Shown here: positions 1 to 9,518 of the stretch, in pieces
How the letters are laid out: each line of letters opens with the position of its first letter
How positions within the stretch are numbered: position 1 is the stretch's first letter
NCBI GenBank assembly: GCA_947474275.1
Contig: CANJHY010000003.1
Location: 705 to 64,704, forward strand
Direction of reading: 5' to 3'
Origin: Betaproteobacteria bacterium
GTDB lineage: Bacteria > Pseudomonadota > Gammaproteobacteria > Burkholderiales > SG8-41
DNA length: 64,000 nt
Program-made: the position numbers and the translations under genes
Notes under the pieces: model-generated
Database searches by the model: none
What the model saw: only the letters and a program-made list of their open reading frames with translations
Told to the model about the DNA's origin: nothing

Positions 1-132
1 TTTGTCCGCGACTTTCGGCCATTGAATGTCGAGAAAAAATCCCGGGAAGTGCAGTCCGGGAGTGCGGTTGCCGGCGATGCCGCGCAGTACGTGCGCGCGG
101 ATGTCTGCTGCGTCAGGGTAAGGTGGTTGCAT
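1..132 (-). CDS. Partial hypothetical protein (5' part only, runs off window start); possibly hotdog-fold/thioesterase-like
   Basis: ATG at 132, 5 bp after the MFS stop; open frame MQPPYPDAADIRAHVLRGIAGNRTPGLHFPGFFLDIQWPKVADK to the window edge. Confidence 0.55.
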   Translation of the reverse strand, partial: MQPPYPDAADIRAHVLRGIAGNRTPGLHFPGFFLDIQWPKVADK

Positions 133-137
133 GGTAG

Positions 138-1376
138 TCATTCGAGGTGGATGCCGAGTTTTGCATAGATTGGCCGGATGTGCTGACGGATGAGCGGCAG
201 CCGGTGCGCGATGACGGCGGCGACCGCGAGGCAGGCCGCGCCGCCTGCGCATACCGTAACGGTGGCGCCGATGCGGTCGGCGAACATGCCCGCGCCGAGG
301 GCGCCGAGCGGTGCGACGCCGAGAAATGCGACGGTATACAGGCTCATCACGCGTCCGCGCTTGTCGTCATCGACGATGGTTTGCAGGATCATATTGGTCG
401 ATACCGTGACGACCAGGATGCCGAAGCCAATCACGCCCATGAGGGCGATCGACAGCGGCAGCCAGCGCGACAGCGATAGCGCCACCAGCGCGGCGCCCAC
501 CGCCAGTGCGGCGGCCACGATGTAGCCGAGCAGTCCGCGCACGTTGCGGCGCATGCTGAGCAGCAGCGTGCCGGCGACGGCACCCAGGCCCGCCGCGCCA
601 ACCAGGAAACCCAGGGTCTGCGCGTCGCCTGCAAAGGCTTCGTGCACGATGGCCGGCATCAATGTGTTGTACGGCGCCGCGGTGATCGCCACCGCCGCCA
701 GCAATATCAACAGCAGCCGGATCGGCAGCACTTGCCACGCGTATACAAGGCCCTCGCCGAGTCCGCGCCACATCGGCGCGTGCGCCGCCGTGCTGGGCTG
801 TGGCTTGACGCGGATGAAGGCGAAGGCGATCAGCACCGCGACGTAGCTCAAAGCGTTGATCAGGAAACAAGTCGCTTCGCTGTAACGGCTGATCACGAGT
901 CCGCCCACTACCGGCCCGATCAGGCGGCCGCAATTGGCGACCAGCGAGTTGGTCGCCACTGCGTTCGACAAATCCTCCTTGCCGTTGACGAGTTCAAGCA
1001 GGTAAGCGTGGCGCACCGGCAGTTCGACGGCAACGCACATGCCGAGAAACGCCGTGAGCGCGATGATATGCCACACCTCGATGGCGCCGGTGAACGCCAG
1101 CACCGTCAGCACGATCGCCTGCAGCATTTCGAGGACCTGGGTGGCGAGCATCATGCGATGACGGTTGAAGCGGTCCGACCACATGCCGGCAACCGGCGCC
1201 AGCAGCAGTATCGGCAGATTGGCCGCGAAGCCGAGCACGCCGAGCAGTGTGGCGCTGCCGGTCATGCGATAGACGAGCCAGGCGAGCGCGATCTGCTGCA
1301 GCCAGTAGCCGATCAGCGCGAATATCTGACCGCTGACGAACAGGGCGAAATTGGGATGGCGCAGGGCGCGGGGCAT
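138..1376 (-). CDS. MFS transporter (DUF894/EntS-like H+ antiporter type)
   Basis: 412 aa, about 12 hydrophobic segments; RALRHPNFALF N-terminus, G-x-x-SDRFNR motif A, DDKRGRVMS. Confidence 0.9.
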   Translation of the reverse strand: MPRALRHPNFALFVSGQIFALIGYWLQQIALAWLVYRMTGSATLLGVLGFAANLPILLLAPVAGMWSDRFNRHRMMLATQVLEMLQAIVLTVLAFTGAIEVWHIIALTAFLGMCVAVELPVRHAYLLELVNGKEDLSNAVATNSLVANCGRLIGPVVGGLVISRYSEATCFLINALSYVAVLIAFAFIRVKPQPSTAAHAPMWRGLGEGLVYAWQVLPIRLLLILLAAVAITAAPYNTLMPAIVHEAFAGDAQTLGFLVGAAGLGAVAGTLLLSMRRNVRGLLGYIVAAALAVGAALVALSLSRWLPLSIALMGVIGFGILVVTVSTNMILQTIVDDDKRGRVMSLYTVAFLGVAPLGALGAGMFADRIGATVTVCAGGAACLAVAAVIAHRLPLIRQHIRPIYAKLGIHLE

Positions 1377-1445
1377 GGGAAGTTATCAGTGCAAAGCTGC
1401 CGCTGCCGGTTTGGCGGCCGGCCACGTCAGCATAACCACGGGCAC

Positions 1446-2381
1446 TTAATTTAAAAGCGTCCTGAAGTACCGGATCGTCTCTTTCAGTCCGTCGTCGAGC
1501 GCCGTGTGCGGTTGCCAGCCGAGCTCTTTGCGCGCGAGCGTGATGTCCGGCTGGCGCTGTTTCGGATCGTCCTGCGGCAGCGGCTTGAAGGCGAGTTTCG
1601 ATTTCGAGCCGGTCAGCGCAAGTATTTTTTCAGCCAGCGCGCGCATCGAGACTTCCTCAGGGTTGCCGAGGTTGACGGGGCCGGTGAACGCGGCGGCGCT
1701 GTCCATCAGTTTCACCAGTGCGGCGACGAGATCGTCGACATAGCAGAACGACCGCGTCTGCAGGCCGTCGCCATACAGCGTGATGTCATCGTTCTTCAGC
1801 GCCTGCATGATGAAATTGCTCACCACGCGGCCGTCGTTCGGATGCATGCGCGGACCGTAGGTGTTAAATATGCGCGCGACCTTGATTTCGAGCTTGTGCT
1901 GGCGGTGATAATCGAAGAACAGCGTTTCGGCGCAGCGCTTGCCTTCGTCGTAACAGCTGCGCGGGCCGATCGGGTTGACGCGGCCCAGGTAGTCTTCGGT
2001 CTGCGGATGGACTTCCGGGTCGCCGTAGACTTCGGAAGTCGAGGCCTGCAGGATGCGCGCCTTGACGCGCTTGGCAAGCCCCAGCATGTTGATTGCGCCA
2101 TGCACGGAGGTCTTGGTCGTCTGCACCGGGTCGAACTGGTAGTGGACCGGCGAGGCCGGGCACGCGAGGTTGTAGATCTGGTCGACTTCGACGTAGAGCG
2201 GAAACGTGATGTCGTGGCGCATCAGCTCGAAGTAGGGGTTGGCGACGAGGTGCGCGAGGTTCTGCTTGCTGCCGGTGAAGTAATTGTCCACGCACAGCAC
2301 GTCGCCGCCCGCCGCGAGCAGCTTTTCGCACAAATGCGAGCCGAGAAAGCCAGCACCGCCGGTAACCAGAATTTTTTTCAA
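1446..2381 (-). CDS. UDP-glucuronic acid decarboxylase family (UDP-xylose synthase-like SDR)
   Basis: [39 protein letters not shown] motifs; TTG start. Confidence 0.93.
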   Translation of the reverse strand: MKKILVTGGAGFLGSHLCEKLLAAGGDVLCVDNYFTGSKQNLAHLVANPYFELMRHDITFPLYVEVDQIYNLACPASPVHYQFDPVQTTKTSVHGAINMLGLAKRVKARILQASTSEVYGDPEVHPQTEDYLGRVNPIGPRSCYDEGKRCAETLFFDYHRQHKLEIKVARIFNTYGPRMHPNDGRVVSNFIMQALKNDDITLYGDGLQTRSFCYVDDLVAALVKLMDSAAAFTGPVNLGNPEEVSMRALAEKILALTGSKSKLAFKPLPQDDPKQRQPDITLARKELGWQPHTALDDGLKETIRYFRTLLN

Positions 2382-2530
2382 GCGTGTTCCCTCATCTCCT
2401 GCCGCAGATTGTATGTGAACGGGGCGGGCATGGCTACGCGGCCACTTCTGCTATAGTTAAGGCACTCCCGCGCGTCCCGGCAATGCCGCGACCGCACCAA
2501 TCGGCGGCCGCGCCGCGGACGCCTTCAGCA

Positions 2531-3670
2531 ATGAACATCTACCGCATTTTTCTCATCGCATTCTGCAATGTGGTCTGCCAGCGTGCGAGCACGGTGGTGG
2601 TGGCGCTGCTCGCCATCGAACTCGGCGCGGATCAATTCGTCATCGGCCTCCTGATCGCCATGTACTCGCTGTTCCCGGCGCTGTTCGCGTTGTATGCGGG
2701 ACGGATTTCGGATCGCCACGGCGCGCGCCTGCCGATGCTACTGGGCTCGCTCGGCCTCGCGCTCGGCATGCTGCTGCCAGGCGCTTTCCCGGTGCTGCCC
2801 GTGCTGTTCGTGTCGGCGGCGCTATTCGGCATGGCGTATATTTTTTACCACGTTGCCGTGCAGAGCCTGCTGGGCGCTATCAGCAGCGATGCCGAACGCA
2901 CGCGCAATTTCAACAACTACACGCTGGTCGTTTCGGCGGGCAGCTTTGTCGGGCCGCTGAGCGCCGGGTTTGCGATCGATCATGCCGGTTACCGGGCGAC
3001 CTATCTGTTGCTGGCGCTGGTTGCGCTGGCGTCCGTTTTGGCGCAAGTGTTCGTGCGCGCAGTCGCGCAGCCGAAAGCGGGCGGCCAGCGCGCGCCGCAG
3101 GGCCAACTCGCCGGCGCGCGTGAACTGCTCAAGCAGGCACCGTTGCGGCGCACCCTCATCGGCAGCGCGGCAGTGTTGACCGGCACCGATTTGTTCCAGT
3201 TTTACATGCCGATCTACGGCCACTCCATCGGTCTGTCGGCGTCCAAGATCGGTTTCGTTCTGAGCATGGTCGCCGTCGCTGCGTTCGTCGTGCGTATCGG
3301 GCTGCCTGCCATGGTGCGCAAATTCGGCGAGGAGGCGCTGCTCGCGTACTCCCTGTTTTTTGGCGCCGCAACCTACCTTTTTTTCCCGTTTTTCACGGAC
3401 GTCGGGGTGCTGACGGTCATTGCCTTCATGCTCGGTCTGAGCCTGGGTTGCGGGCAGCCGCTTTCGCTGCTGCTGACGTACGCGCATTCGCCGCCGGGCA
3501 GGTCGGGTGAAGTCATCGGATTGCGGCTCACGATCAACAACTTCACCCATGTCGTGGTGCCGCTGGTATTCGGCTCGCTGGGTTCCATATTCGGGCTCGT
3601 GCCGGTGTTCTGGATCAATGCATTGTTGCTGGCAGGCGGCGGGGCGGCGAACCGGCCGCGACGGACATAG
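2531..3670 (+). CDS. MFS transporter
   Basis: 12-TM pattern, GRISDRHG motif; start moved to ATG 2531 (MNIYRIF). Confidence 0.85.
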   Translation: MNIYRIFLIAFCNVVCQRASTVVVALLAIELGADQFVIGLLIAMYSLFPALFALYAGRISDRHGARLPMLLGSLGLALGMLLPGAFPVLPVLFVSAALFGMAYIFYHVAVQSLLGAISSDAERTRNFNNYTLVVSAGSFVGPLSAGFAIDHAGYRATYLLLALVALASVLAQVFVRAVAQPKAGGQRAPQGQLAGARELLKQAPLRRTLIGSAAVLTGTDLFQFYMPIYGHSIGLSASKIGFVLSMVAVAAFVVRIGLPAMVRKFGEEALLAYSLFFGAATYLFFPFFTDVGVLTVIAFMLGLSLGCGQPLSLLLTYAHSPPGRSGEVIGLRLTINNFTHVVVPLVFGSLGSIFGLVPVFWINALLLAGGGAANRPRRT

Positions 3671-3681
3671 TTCCCGGGCTT

Positions 3682-3711
3682 TAACCCCATTCGCGGTGCG
3701 CCTGCGTTGAT
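3682..3711 (+). promoter_or_regulatory. Candidate ECF sigma-dependent promoter (TAACCCC-N16-CGTTGAT)
   Basis: AAC-containing -35 and CGT-containing -10 with 16-nt spacing, directly upstream of the operon encoding the ECF sigma factor. Confidence 0.5.
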
Positions 3712-3754
3712 AACGCTGACATCGATGTGATGTCTTATCAACGGAGAGAAAATC

Positions 3755-4579
3755 GTGAAAAAAGCGCTAATTACAGCGGCCCTCCTGCTGGGCATGACGG
3801 GCCAGGCACTGGCGGTGGGCGGGGTCGCCGAGGTCACCGTGTACGACCGCGCCGAGAATCGCACGCTGCCGGTGTACTACCACGAAGGCCGCTACTACAT
3901 AGCGGGCAAGCCCGGCAACGAATACCAGGTGAATATCCGCAACACCCAGCCCGGCGAGATCCTCGGCGTGATCGCGGTCGATGGTGTCAACGCGGTGTCG
4001 GGCGAGACCGCCAACTGGAACCAGACCGGGTACGTGCTGAGCCCTTATACGGCGTTCGGCGTCAAAGGCTGGCGCAAGAACCTGCAGCGCACCGCCGCTT
4101 TCTTTTTCACCGAGCTCGACAATTCCTACGCGGCGCGTACGGGCCGGCCTGCCAATGTCGGCGTCATCGGTGTCGCGGTGTTCCGCAAAAAAGCCGAGCC
4201 GCCGGTCGGCATCAGCCGCAAGAACGATTTTTTCGAGCGCCGGCGCCAGGCGCCCGCCGCCGAAGAGTCGGCCGGCGAGCTGCAAAACAAGTCCAAGGAC
4301 GAAATCTCGCAGGACGCGCGCACCGATGCCGCGGCACCGCAGGCGTCGGCCGCCGCGCCGCGGCCCGAGTCGAACAAACTCGGCACGGGTCATGGCCAGA
4401 GCGAAACTTCGGTCGTGCGTTATACGAGTTTCGAGCGTGCCTCGAGCACGCCGGACGAAGTGATCACGATTTACTACGACAGCTACCGCAACCTGGTGGC
4501 GCAGGGCGTGATCCGCGATAACACGCGGCTGGCGCGGCCCAATCCGTTTCCCAGCCAGTTCGTGCCCGATCCGCGCTGA
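3755..4579 (+). CDS. Secreted hypothetical protein co-transcribed with ECF sigma factor
   Basis: GGAGAG RBS, GTG start, signal peptide (MKKALITAALLLGMTGQALA), motifs VDGVNAVSGE, GWRK, LGTGHG, PFP...FVPDP. Confidence 0.85.
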   Translation: MKKALITAALLLGMTGQALAVGGVAEVTVYDRAENRTLPVYYHEGRYYIAGKPGNEYQVNIRNTQPGEILGVIAVDGVNAVSGETANWNQTGYVLSPYTAFGVKGWRKNLQRTAAFFFTELDNSYAARTGRPANVGVIGVAVFRKKAEPPVGISRKNDFFERRRQAPAAEESAGELQNKSKDEISQDARTDAAAPQASAAAPRPESNKLGTGHGQSETSVVRYTSFERASSTPDEVITIYYDSYRNLVAQGVIRDNTRLARPNPFPSQFVPDPR

Positions 4580-4649
4580 GAGCGCGTTTTATGCACCCCG
4601 CCGCGCGGGTTGCCCAAGTGCCGCGGGTTGCGCATACTGGCAACCCGTT

Positions 4650-5222
4650 ATGCCAGAGAACGCGCACACGAGCGACGAGGATTTGATGGAGCGCTACCGC
4701 GACGGCGATGCCGGGGCGTTCGATGCGCTCTACGGACGCCACAAGGGCGGTGTGTTCCGCTACCTCGCGCGCCAGTGCGGCAACCGCGGTGTTGCGGAAG
4801 AGTTGTTTCAGGACGTGTGGATGAACCTGATCCGCGCGCGTGCCGGCTACACGGTGCAGGCGAAGTTCACGACTTACCTGTACCGGCTTGCGCATAACCG
4901 CCTGATCGATCATTACCGCGCGCAGTCGGGCAACGTGCCGGCGTCGTTCGACGACGAGGCTGGTCCATCGCTCGACGAGGTGGCGGGCGCGCGCAACGAC
5001 GATCCGGCGGTAGGCGCCGATGCCAGGCAGCAGGCGCAGCGCCTGCTGCAACTGATCGAAAACCTGCCCGCCGCCCAGCGCGAAACGTTTTTGCTGCAGC
5101 AGGAGTCCGACATGAGCATAGAAGAAATCGCGCAGGCGACCGGCGTCAACCGCGAGACCGCGAAAAGCCGCTTGCGTTATGCGGTTGCGAAATTACGGGA
5201 AGGCATGCAGCAATCAGGCTAG
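4650..5222 (+). CDS. ECF RNA polymerase sigma factor
   Basis: DEDLMERYRDGDAGAFDALY, AEELFQDVW, region 4 IEEIAQATGVNRETAKSRLRYA. Confidence 0.95.
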   Translation: MPENAHTSDEDLMERYRDGDAGAFDALYGRHKGGVFRYLARQCGNRGVAEELFQDVWMNLIRARAGYTVQAKFTTYLYRLAHNRLIDHYRAQSGNVPASFDDEAGPSLDEVAGARNDDPAVGADARQQAQRLLQLIENLPAAQRETFLLQQESDMSIEEIAQATGVNRETAKSRLRYAVAKLREGMQQSG

Positions 5223-5226
5223 AGAT

Positions 5227-6309
5227 ATGAGCAAACCATCGCACAACGAAGCCGAACGCGACGCCAGGCTGACTGCGCTTTACCACGCGGCCGCCGACGA
5301 TGCGCCGCCGCCCGCGCTCGACGCCGCAATCCTTGCCGCGGCGCGGCGGGAGGTGGGCGCGCGGCCGCGTCCCGCCGGTTTTGCGTTCAGCAGATCGTGG
5401 CGGACGTCGCTGTCCATCGCGGCTGTGCTTGTTTTAAGCGTCAGCCTCGTCACCCTGATGCGTGAGGAAGCGCCCGAGCTCGTTGCGCCACCGCGTGCCG
5501 ACATGCCCGACGCGGATTCGAAGCTTAAATCGGCCGGCATGGCTCAAGAGACGGCGGGGCCGGCTGCATCAGGGCTCATGCGCGAGGAGCAGCGGTCGAA
5601 AAACATCGGATTGAAGCCGCCGCAGTCCGCATCGCCTTCCGGTTTGGGCATGCGCCAGCCGGAATTCGCGGAAGCCTTTCCAAAGTCGAAAAAAGACACC
5701 GCGGGCAAATTGGAGGCTGACGCAATGGCCCCGGCAGAACTGGCCAAGCGCCGCGTTGAGCCGTCCGCGGTTGCCGACGCCCGTGACAACAAAATTGCAG
5801 CGGCGGCCGAGCCGCAGCGCCAGGCGCCAAAACCGGATGTGCTGCGGGACATGGCGCAGGCGCCTCCCGCGGCGCCGGCGAGGATGGCCGGTTCGGTCGC
5901 CGGCATAGCAGAAAATAAAGCCCAGGTTAAAACGGATCCCGCCAGGTCGGACCGCGCCGAAACCGAACCGCGCATGCGGGCGCAGGCCGAGTACGCGCCG
6001 GCAAAGCAGGTGGCGGAAGCAATGTCCGCGGAAGTGCCGGCCGCCAAGCCGCCGCCTCCGCCACCACGTCCCGCCGCTGCATCCATGGTCGCGCCGCCGC
6101 AGGCCAAGCCCGCGCCACCGCCCCCACCGGTCGCCGTGAGCAAACTCGAACGCGCCGCCGACCTGCCTCCCGAGAAGTGGCTGGAACGCATAGAGGAATT
6201 GCGCAAGCAGGGCAGGTTCGACGAAGCCAAGACCAGCTTGGCCGAGTTCAGGAAGCGTTATCCGGATTACCGGCTGCCGGATGCTTTGAAGGACTGGGCG
6301 AAACCGTGA
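5227..6309 (+). CDS. Putative single-TM anti-sigma factor
   Basis: Follows sigma gene by 4 bp; PPPALDAAILAAARR, one TM helix, low-complexity Ala/Pro linker, C-terminal PEKWLERIEELRKQG...FRKRYP. Confidence 0.75.
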   Translation: MSKPSHNEAERDARLTALYHAAADDAPPPALDAAILAAARREVGARPRPAGFAFSRSWRTSLSIAAVLVLSVSLVTLMREEAPELVAPPRADMPDADSKLKSAGMAQETAGPAASGLMREEQRSKNIGLKPPQSASPSGLGMRQPEFAEAFPKSKKDTAGKLEADAMAPAELAKRRVEPSAVADARDNKIAAAAEPQRQAPKPDVLRDMAQAPPAAPARMAGSVAGIAENKAQVKTDPARSDRAETEPRMRAQAEYAPAKQVAEAMSAEVPAAKPPPPPPRPAAASMVAPPQAKPAPPPPPVAVSKLERAADLPPEKWLERIEELRKQGRFDEAKTSLAEFRKRYPDYRLPDALKDWAKP

Positions 6310-6503
6310 GCCGGCCGGCCGGCGACGCTGCCGATCCCCCTCCCGTCAAACCGTCCGAGCCGGAGCCCGGCGCCTGCTGCCAAGGCGGCTGCGACCCCTG
6401 TGTTTTCGATCTTTACTGGGAAGCCGTGGATCGTTACGAGCAGGCATTGGTCAATTGGCAAAACCGTCAGGTCGCGGGTCCGGGCGCCCTGAAAAATCCA
6501 TAA
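6306..6503 (+). CDS. Small oxidoreductase-like N-terminal domain protein (CCxxGCxxCV)
   Basis: GTG overlaps upstream TGA; PPVKPSEPEPGACCQGGCDPCVFDLY motif. Confidence 0.75.
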   Translation: MSRPAGDAADPPPVKPSEPEPGACCQGGCDPCVFDLYWEAVDRYEQALVNWQNRQVAGPGALKNP

Positions 6504-6899
6504 ATATATGAATTATTGGGTAAATTAGTTTTCGCTTGATGAACATTTCGGTGAACCTCCCCGGTTCATCGCGGTCGAACCAAAGCAACGCACCAAACCA
6601 GTGTTTACAGGGCCTTTTCCCGCGTTGACAAGGCCCTGAAAATCCATATAATGCCGCGACCTATTGCAATGCAACACGGGTGTCCCCGGCGGTGGGCGCG
6701 TTGTCACAAGAGCGTAAAATTCTTGTTGCGCAACAGTACTTCAACCACTAGAATTGCCTGAATTTTTTTCAGAAACCACAAGCTGTAGTGGTTTTTTGTT
6801 CCAACCTGATGCCGATGTATTAAGGAGCGTTGTTACCCCAGCAAGGTAGCATTTGGCCGGGCGTAATCTGACCGGCGATTAACGAAAGGAGGTTTTGCC

Positions 6900-7649
6900 A
6901 TGGCAAGATCACACCCCGCACAGTTTGACGATCACGGCGCCCCGCACTTAGCCCAGTGGGCGCGCAACACGGTGGCCAGTTTCACGTTGCTGGCCTGTCT
7001 CGTTTCCCTCAGCATCATCCTGCATACCCAGTATGGATTGCGACTAGCCGGTGCCATCGTGCATGGCCTGGGCGCCATCGATCTGACGCAGCTGGTGAAC
7101 CTGGCGGACACCCCGGCGAATCCGGTGGCGTTGGACGCCAATGCAGGTAAGTATCGCGCCGTCGGCGACTATCTGGCACGCCGCTATCGCGTTTCCGCGG
7201 AGATGACCACCAGCGTGGTGGCCAAGGCGCACGACATCGGCGCCGAGTTGAAGGTCGATCCATTATTGATTCTGGCCGTGATCTCGGTCGAGTCGCGTTT
7301 CAACCCGGTCGCCGAAAGCGTGATGGGCGCCAAGGGGCTGATGCAGGTAATCCCGCGCTATCACAGCGATAAATTCGAGCCGCTGGGCGGCGAGAAGGTC
7401 GCCTTCGACATGCAGGCCAATATCGTGGTCGGCGCCAAGATACTCAAGGAATACATCCGCCGCACCGGCGATGTTGCCGACGCCCTGCAGATGTACGTCG
7501 GCGCCAGCACGGCAGAAAACGAGAACGGTTATTCCGGCAAAGTCATGGCGGAACGCGACCGCCTGAATTTCATCCTGCGCCAGTTCCACAGCCAGACCCG
7601 CACGGCGCAGCGCCAGCCGGTAGTCAAGCCGGCGGCCGCCTCGATCTAA
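6900..7649 (+). CDS. Lytic transglycosylase (SLT domain)
   Basis: AAAGGAGG RBS; VISVESRFNPVAES, GAKGLMQV motifs. Confidence 0.9.
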   Translation: MARSHPAQFDDHGAPHLAQWARNTVASFTLLACLVSLSIILHTQYGLRLAGAIVHGLGAIDLTQLVNLADTPANPVALDANAGKYRAVGDYLARRYRVSAEMTTSVVAKAHDIGAELKVDPLLILAVISVESRFNPVAESVMGAKGLMQVIPRYHSDKFEPLGGEKVAFDMQANIVVGAKILKEYIRRTGDVADALQMYVGASTAENENGYSGKVMAERDRLNFILRQFHSQTRTAQRQPVVKPAAASI

Positions 7650-7658
7650 ACGCCTGAG

Positions 7659-8099
7659 TCAGCCGCTTTCCCCGGCGGCTTTTGCCCGCGGGGGGATCGA
7701 ATAAGTGCAGGTAACATGCGCGACCGGTTCCGGGTCGCCGTCCGAAAACAACGTCACCTCCCCCACCGCGAGGCGCTTGCCGACTTTCAGCAGGCGCGCT
7801 TCGCCGATGACGCCCTTTTGCTCTGGCTTGCGCAGAAAATTGATGTTGAGGCTGGTCGTCACCGCCAGCGGCACCAGGCCGATTTCACCCAGCAGCGCCA
7901 CGTACATCGCCACGTCCGCCAGCGCCATCAGCGTCGGGCCCGACACCGTGTCGCCGGGGCGCAGGTGCTGCTTGCCGACGCGAAAGCGCGCGCGCGCCGC
8001 TTTACCGCCCAGCTTCTCGATGGCGATATGCCCCTCGTGGTCGAGCTGGTAGTCGCGCAGCAGATTCTGCACGTCCTGCGGGGTGATTGTTTTTGGCAT
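7659..8099 (-). CDS. PaaI family thioesterase
   Basis: LRPGDTVSGPTLMALAD, VTTSLNINFLRK hotdog motifs. Confidence 0.9.
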   Translation of the reverse strand: MPKTITPQDVQNLLRDYQLDHEGHIAIEKLGGKAARARFRVGKQHLRPGDTVSGPTLMALADVAMYVALLGEIGLVPLAVTTSLNINFLRKPEQKGVIGEARLLKVGKRLAVGEVTLFSDGDPEPVAHVTCTYSIPPRAKAAGESG

Positions 8100-8184
8100 G
8101 TGCGCGGGTAAGGGAGATCCAGTTTTATTCTGCGCGCAGACGCTATGCTACAGTGGCTGCACAGTGTTCTGACAGGAGGCCGCC

Positions 8185-8472
8185 ATGGCCGAACAAGACG
8201 TGCCGAAGGACTGGTTCGAATTCATGCAGAAAATGTGGAATCCCACGTCGTTTCCGATGCCCGGGATGATAACGCCGACCGCCAACGTCGAGGAAATCGA
8301 AAAGAAAATCGCCGAATTGAAGGTCGTTGAAAGCTGGCTGACCATGAGCACCGGCTTCGTGCAGATGAGCATCAAGACGCTGCAGATGCAGGTGTCGGCG
8401 CTCGAAAGCCTGCGCGCGGCAGGCGAGGCCGCCGCGCGCCCGGTCAATCCGGACTCGTCTAAATCGGGTTAG
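8185..8472 (+). CDS. Short PhaM-family (PHA granule-associated) protein
   Basis: AGGAGG RBS; FEFMQKMW...PTANVEEIEKKIAELKVVESWL...LQMQ pattern of the PhaM N-terminal domain. Confidence 0.65.
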   Translation: MAEQDVPKDWFEFMQKMWNPTSFPMPGMITPTANVEEIEKKIAELKVVESWLTMSTGFVQMSIKTLQMQVSALESLRAAGEAAARPVNPDSSKSG

Positions 8473-8716
8473 GCCGCCAGCGTCGCGGGATCGAAGAACG
8501 GCTGGTCGCCCCGGATCTGCGTCCGGTGCATCAACCGTCGAGATGCGGGATCAAATGCATCCCTGCTATGCATTTGATGAGTTGTGGCTGCGGCCGCGAT
8601 GATGTCGCGGCCTACGCCGCAACTGTTGCCGGATCGAAGAACGGCTGGTCGCCCCGGATCTGCGTCCGGTGCATCAACCGTCGCGATGCGGGATCAAATG
8701 CATCCCTCCTATGCAT
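8469..8716. repeat. Direct duplication of the tauD 3' end (8488-8573 vs 8631-8716, 84/86 identical) with an 11-7-11 palindrome at 8550-8578
   Basis: Direct base comparison; ATCAAATGCAT-ccctgct-ATGCATTTGAT. Confidence 0.9.
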
Positions 8717-9502
8717 GGCGCAACGGTTGTCCCAAATGATCAGGTCGCCGACTTTCCATTCCTGGTACCAGGCGAATTTTTCCTGCGACGCATGCGCCCA
8801 TAGTTTGTTCAGCAGGTCTTCGCTTTCGTCGAGCGGCAGTCCGATGATGTAAGCATTGCGGCGGCGGCCCAGGTACAGGGCATTGCGGCGCGTCGCCGGG
8901 TGGGTGCGGATCAACGGGTGGATGGCGCCCGGCGCTTCGCGCGGATCGCTGATGTCCTTGAATCCCTTGCGCAGTTCGCCGGCGCTGTTGCGGCTCGAAT
9001 CGTGGCGGCATTGCAGCGAAACGATAGTGCGTTTGAGCGCCGCCGGCAGGGTGTCGTAAGCCTCGTACATATTGGCAAAGCCGGTGTTGCCGCCGGCGGG
9101 CGGCACTTCGATCGAGTAGAGCAGGCTGCCGATGGGCGTCATTTCGTTATACGACATGTCGGTGTGCCACTCGGCCTCGTAGTGGCCAAGGTTGCCGATC
9201 GATTTTCCGTCCACCTTGATGTTCGACATCACGGTGATTTCGGGATAGGGATTCACGACCTCTTTGCCGGCGTGTATCGGCGCCTTGTCCAGTTCGCCGA
9301 AGCGGCGGGCGAAAGTGAGAAAGCGCGGATCGTCGAGCTGCTGGCCGCGAAATCTCAGGACGAGGTACTGGTGCCAGGCGTCCTCGATCTGCTTGAACGC
9401 CGCTCCGTCCATGGGCTGCGTCAGGTCGACGCCGATGATATCGGCGCCCAGGCTGGCGCCGGTCGGTTTGACCGTGATGCGGGTTGTCGAGGGTAAATCC
9501 AT
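8612..9502 (-). CDS. TauD/TfdA family Fe(II)/2-oxoglutarate dioxygenase
   Basis: WHTDMSY, WDNRCAMHRR motifs; AAGGAGG RBS before ATG 9502. Confidence 0.92.
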   Translation of the reverse strand: MDLPSTTRITVKPTGASLGADIIGVDLTQPMDGAAFKQIEDAWHQYLVLRFRGQQLDDPRFLTFARRFGELDKAPIHAGKEVVNPYPEITVMSNIKVDGKSIGNLGHYEAEWHTDMSYNEMTPIGSLLYSIEVPPAGGNTGFANMYEAYDTLPAALKRTIVSLQCRHDSSRNSAGELRKGFKDISDPREAPGAIHPLIRTHPATRRNALYLGRRRNAYIIGLPLDESEDLLNKLWAHASQEKFAWYQEWKVGDLIIWDNRCAMHRRDAFDPASRRLMHRTQIRGDQPFFDPATVAA

Positions 9503-9518
9503 GGTGTCCTCCTTTTGG

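Noticed and set aside
8469-8716. DGR template/variable repeat pair
   Set aside because: Differences are not adenine-specific and are mostly synonymous; no reverse transcriptase in the window
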